Positions 61,162 to 64,000 of a DNA stretch of 64,000 nt are shown piece by piece. Positions within the stretch are counted from its first letter, which is position 1. Each line of letters begins with the position of its first letter. Source of the stretch: Selaginella moellendorffii (taxonomy: Eukaryota > Plantae > Lycopodiophyta); the NCBI RefSeq assembly GCF_000143415.4, contig NW_003314281.1:1899882-1963881 (forward strand), in the 5' to 3' direction. Under the pieces are notes generated by a model. The model saw only the letters and a list, made by a program, of their open reading frames with translations, did not search any database and was not told the DNA's origin. The position numbers and the translations under genes were made by a program.

Positions 61162-62966
61162 ATGAGCAGCATCGTCTGTCCGGTGTGTTATGAGGATGCC
61201 AAGCCTGGAAGCGAGGATCTCCAAGCTATTGCTGGATGCGGACATGTGTTTCACGAGCTTTGGTATGTGATTCATTTCGCGCGATCAATCTATTCATTCC
61301 TTTCTTCTGATCCTCATTCTCTTCTCGTCAAGTCTCCAGCAATGGCTCGAGTATTGCCACAGGAAACCGTGCTGCCCGGTGTGTAAAGAATCTTGCCCGG
61401 CGAAACAGATCCATCGGCTATACTTTTTATCATCCGACCAACAATCAGTTTCTCACTCGCAAAACAGCAGCGCAACCATTGACGCAGTAAGATCTCCACA
61501 TTTTATTCTCCATGGTTTTGCTCAAATTCTTTACTTTCTTCTTTTCCTTGTAGGTGCTTGGGAAGCTGGAGTCTCAGCTCTCGGTAGCTAATGCAGCACT
61601 ACAAGCGATCAAGCAAGAAAACAAGCATCTCGATGACGAGGTGGATTTTCCTTTTATCAAAAAGTGTTTTTTACTGATAAATCTGTGTCGCAGCTCGCCA
61701 ATCTTAAGATCAAGCTTGAGAAATCAGAGTGTGTTCGACGGAAAGCTATGAGTGACCTTGGCAACTGCAGAGAATCCTCGTCAAGGCTCCAGGAGGTATA
61801 TTCAAACTTTTTTAGACGTCCAGCATGAGCCTGTGTGTTCTTCATGTAGGAAGTGAATAGGAGTTTAGAGGACCGCACGAAGCTGATTGAAAAGAACACG
61901 TCGCTAGCAAAAGAGCTTGCTTCCATGAAAATGTAAGTAGTGCCTTGTATTTGCAGTGTTTTAAAATCGTCATTGTCACAGGGTAGCAGACATTTCCTTG
62001 GACGAGGATGAAATCTTGCGGCTTGCAAATGTAGGCCAGGCAAAGAACAAGGACAATATTATTGACACGCTCACAAGATCCCTTGTCATTCGTAACAAGT
62101 ATGTTTCTATGTTCTTCTTGACACGACCAATCCTTCCAAGCCATCTATATCCAGGAGTTACAGAGACTTGGTGAACAAGTGCAGCTCTTTGGGAATGAAC
62201 GAGACAGTTGCTATTCAAAAAGCTAACAAAGCATCTGAGCAACTCAGAATTCTGAAGGTATGCACAGCTTTGATCCATGGTTATTCTCTACTTATCGAAT
62301 CCAGGCTCGCGTCCAAGAGCTAGAAAAAGCTCTAGAGGTTAAAGAAAACAAGGAGCTTCGAGACCTGAAGAGGAAGATCGAACAAAGTAATACGAACTTT
62401 GTAGCTGAAAAACAGATGGCTTCCACAACCGCGGAACATGAGAACAAAGTCAGGCATGAAACCGCTACTGAGGATGGATGCTTTGTGCCTAAGCCTACAA
62501 ATCTCTGCTCTGATAAAGCTCTACAAATCTCCATAAGGCGCGACGCTCCAATATGTAGCCCGATTCTTCCAGGTAAATCACTGAAACGTCTCACTTCCTC
62601 ACCAGCAGCACCATGAATCGCAGGCGACTTGGCGAAAAACCAAGAGCACGTCTGTGCGCAAGACTCGTCGACCAGAAAGAGAGTGTACGCCGCAACGAGC
62701 GGGACGAGCTCTCCTCGAGGATTGACACCGTCCAGTAGTGACAAGGGAAGCTTCATACTCCGCGGTGCAGATGGCCGTGGTGGAAGAGTGACGATCTTGA
62801 AGCCTCCGGTAAGTCCGATCACTTTAGTCTCACAGTGTTTAAGTTCATATATGTTTCCAAATTCCAGGGAATCAAAGCAAGCGCGCATAAACAATCCAAG
62901 CGTGCCAGGAATCACGGCAGCAACGAAGGATTGCACATAGAACACTTCTTCGGGCGCGCAGAATAG
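61162..62966 (+). CDS. TRAIP: TRAIP-like RING E3 ubiquitin ligase (RING, coiled coil, C-terminal PIP-box-like motif)
   Basis: CPVCYED...AGCGHVFHELCLQQWLEYC...CPVCK...RLYF; coiled coil with TLTRSLVIRNK; IRGADGRGGRV; terminal LHIEHFFGRAE*. Confidence 0.82.
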
Positions 62967-63042
62967 AGTATGTTTGCATTACATAGTATATATTTTGCGG
63001 TATATTGCATTTTGCAGCAATGTATGATACCATAGTTCTCCG

Positions 63043-63739
63043 TCAAGGAGCTTCCAGGAGCATCTTGCCAGTGTCAAACTCCAGAAGCGGCTGCTGCTCC
63101 AGCCAAGACTCATCGAACTCGATGTTGTTATCCGGGATCGAGAAGAGCTCCTCCAGAAACGCATCGTCCAGTGTAAACGTTTGCTCGTCACCTTCCAAGC
63201 TTCTGGATTGCGGCTGCTTGCCATCGATATCACTTCCCACAAACTCTCCTTGCACAGCTTGAATTGCATCCTCGAAATCACCATCTGCAGAGCTCAGCGA
63301 AGGCGAGGATACCAGAGGTGGTGGCGAATCCTTGTTCAAGGTTAACTCCTCTGGCTCTTGAGACTTGGGACGATCCTCCGCCAACTTATGGGTAGTGTCA
63401 CCTTGTAACGATTGGATGAAGGGCTTCATCTGGGGTGGCAGAGTTTCGAAATTGAGGCCGGCGATAGTGTCGAGCGCGTATTTCTTGCCCGTGTCCGGAG
63501 AGATAGCCGATACCGTGAGTATTGTACGTGTGAGCACATGTAGTTCCCATATTTTCTTTGTGATGCCGAAAATTCTCTTGCGGAAGCAACTTTTTCTTGT
63601 TTCCGGGTCCTGGATGTATTTGAGTGGGATTTTCTTCTTTCCGGCTGTTTTTTTCTACAACATAAATCAAAGAAGGAAAATTGAAGAACTATACATGGAA
63701 CAATCATACAAATACAAATACCTTGATTGATGGCGACAT
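63043..63739 (-). CDS. Type I MADS-box transcription factor (209 aa; exons 63739-63722 and 63654-63043) with acidic C-terminus
   Basis: GKKKIPLKYIQDPETRKSCFRKRIFGITKKIWELHVLTRTILTVSAISPDTGKKY aligns with the MADS/SRF consensus; no K domain; the ORF track misses the domain. Confidence 0.8.
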
Positions 63740-64000
63740 CCTATTGGGGGGACAATCCCTTAAATTGTCCCCCCATGGGGGGGACAACAACTTAAATATT
63801 ATATCTTACCCTTAAATCAGAAATAATATTTTATTAAGTGTACGATCTGCTAATTCCAGATGATCATACAAGTGTATCCCCAAAATAATCACGAAAGCAT
63901 CTTCACATGATATCTCTAAGAAATGTACTCGTGTGGAATTTCATCCTCAAAGCGTATCCGGTGGTGCGCAGTCTCTTAGAAGAAAGCTCACAACTATTTG

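Overview
Gene-dense eukaryotic (plant) nuclear DNA with very short GT-AG introns (~45-70 bp), tiny intergenic gaps and intronless PLS-class PPR genes. This profile suggests a lycophyte such as Selaginella; the organism is inferred, not confirmed. About 25 protein-coding genes were reconstructed by eye across introns: MTA nucleosidase, an SLC25 carrier, a UVI4/GIG1-like APC/C regulator, an EXT1-like GT47, an AMBRA1-like WD40 protein, two PPR genes, iPGAM, an alpha/beta hydrolase, an HNH-like+Myb protein, RPL29, PEX16, VPS37, GLYK, a methyltransferase-like protein, a large Gly-rich membrane protein, OEP16, 1-Cys peroxiredoxin, an NMT1/THI5-like protein, FANCL, RecQ (RECQL1-type), TRAIP and a type I MADS-box gene. 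There is also a full-length but inactivated 5.0-kb Ty3/gypsy LTR retrotransposon, a PPR pseudogene and a prokaryote-type Orn/Lys/Arg decarboxylase pseudogene. Main observations: (1) a contiguous FANCL-RecQ-TRAIP DNA-repair trio, with a two-way E2F-type site in the 58-bp FANCL/RecQ spacer; (2) operon-like spacing of co-oriented genes; (3) a -1 frameshift heptamer plus H-type pseudoknot in the retrotransposon, which lacks a target-site duplication; (4) an animal-EXT1-like glycosyltransferase and an orphan ThiY/THI5-like protein. Family assignments come from recognising motifs, not from database searches, and exon boundaries are manual.
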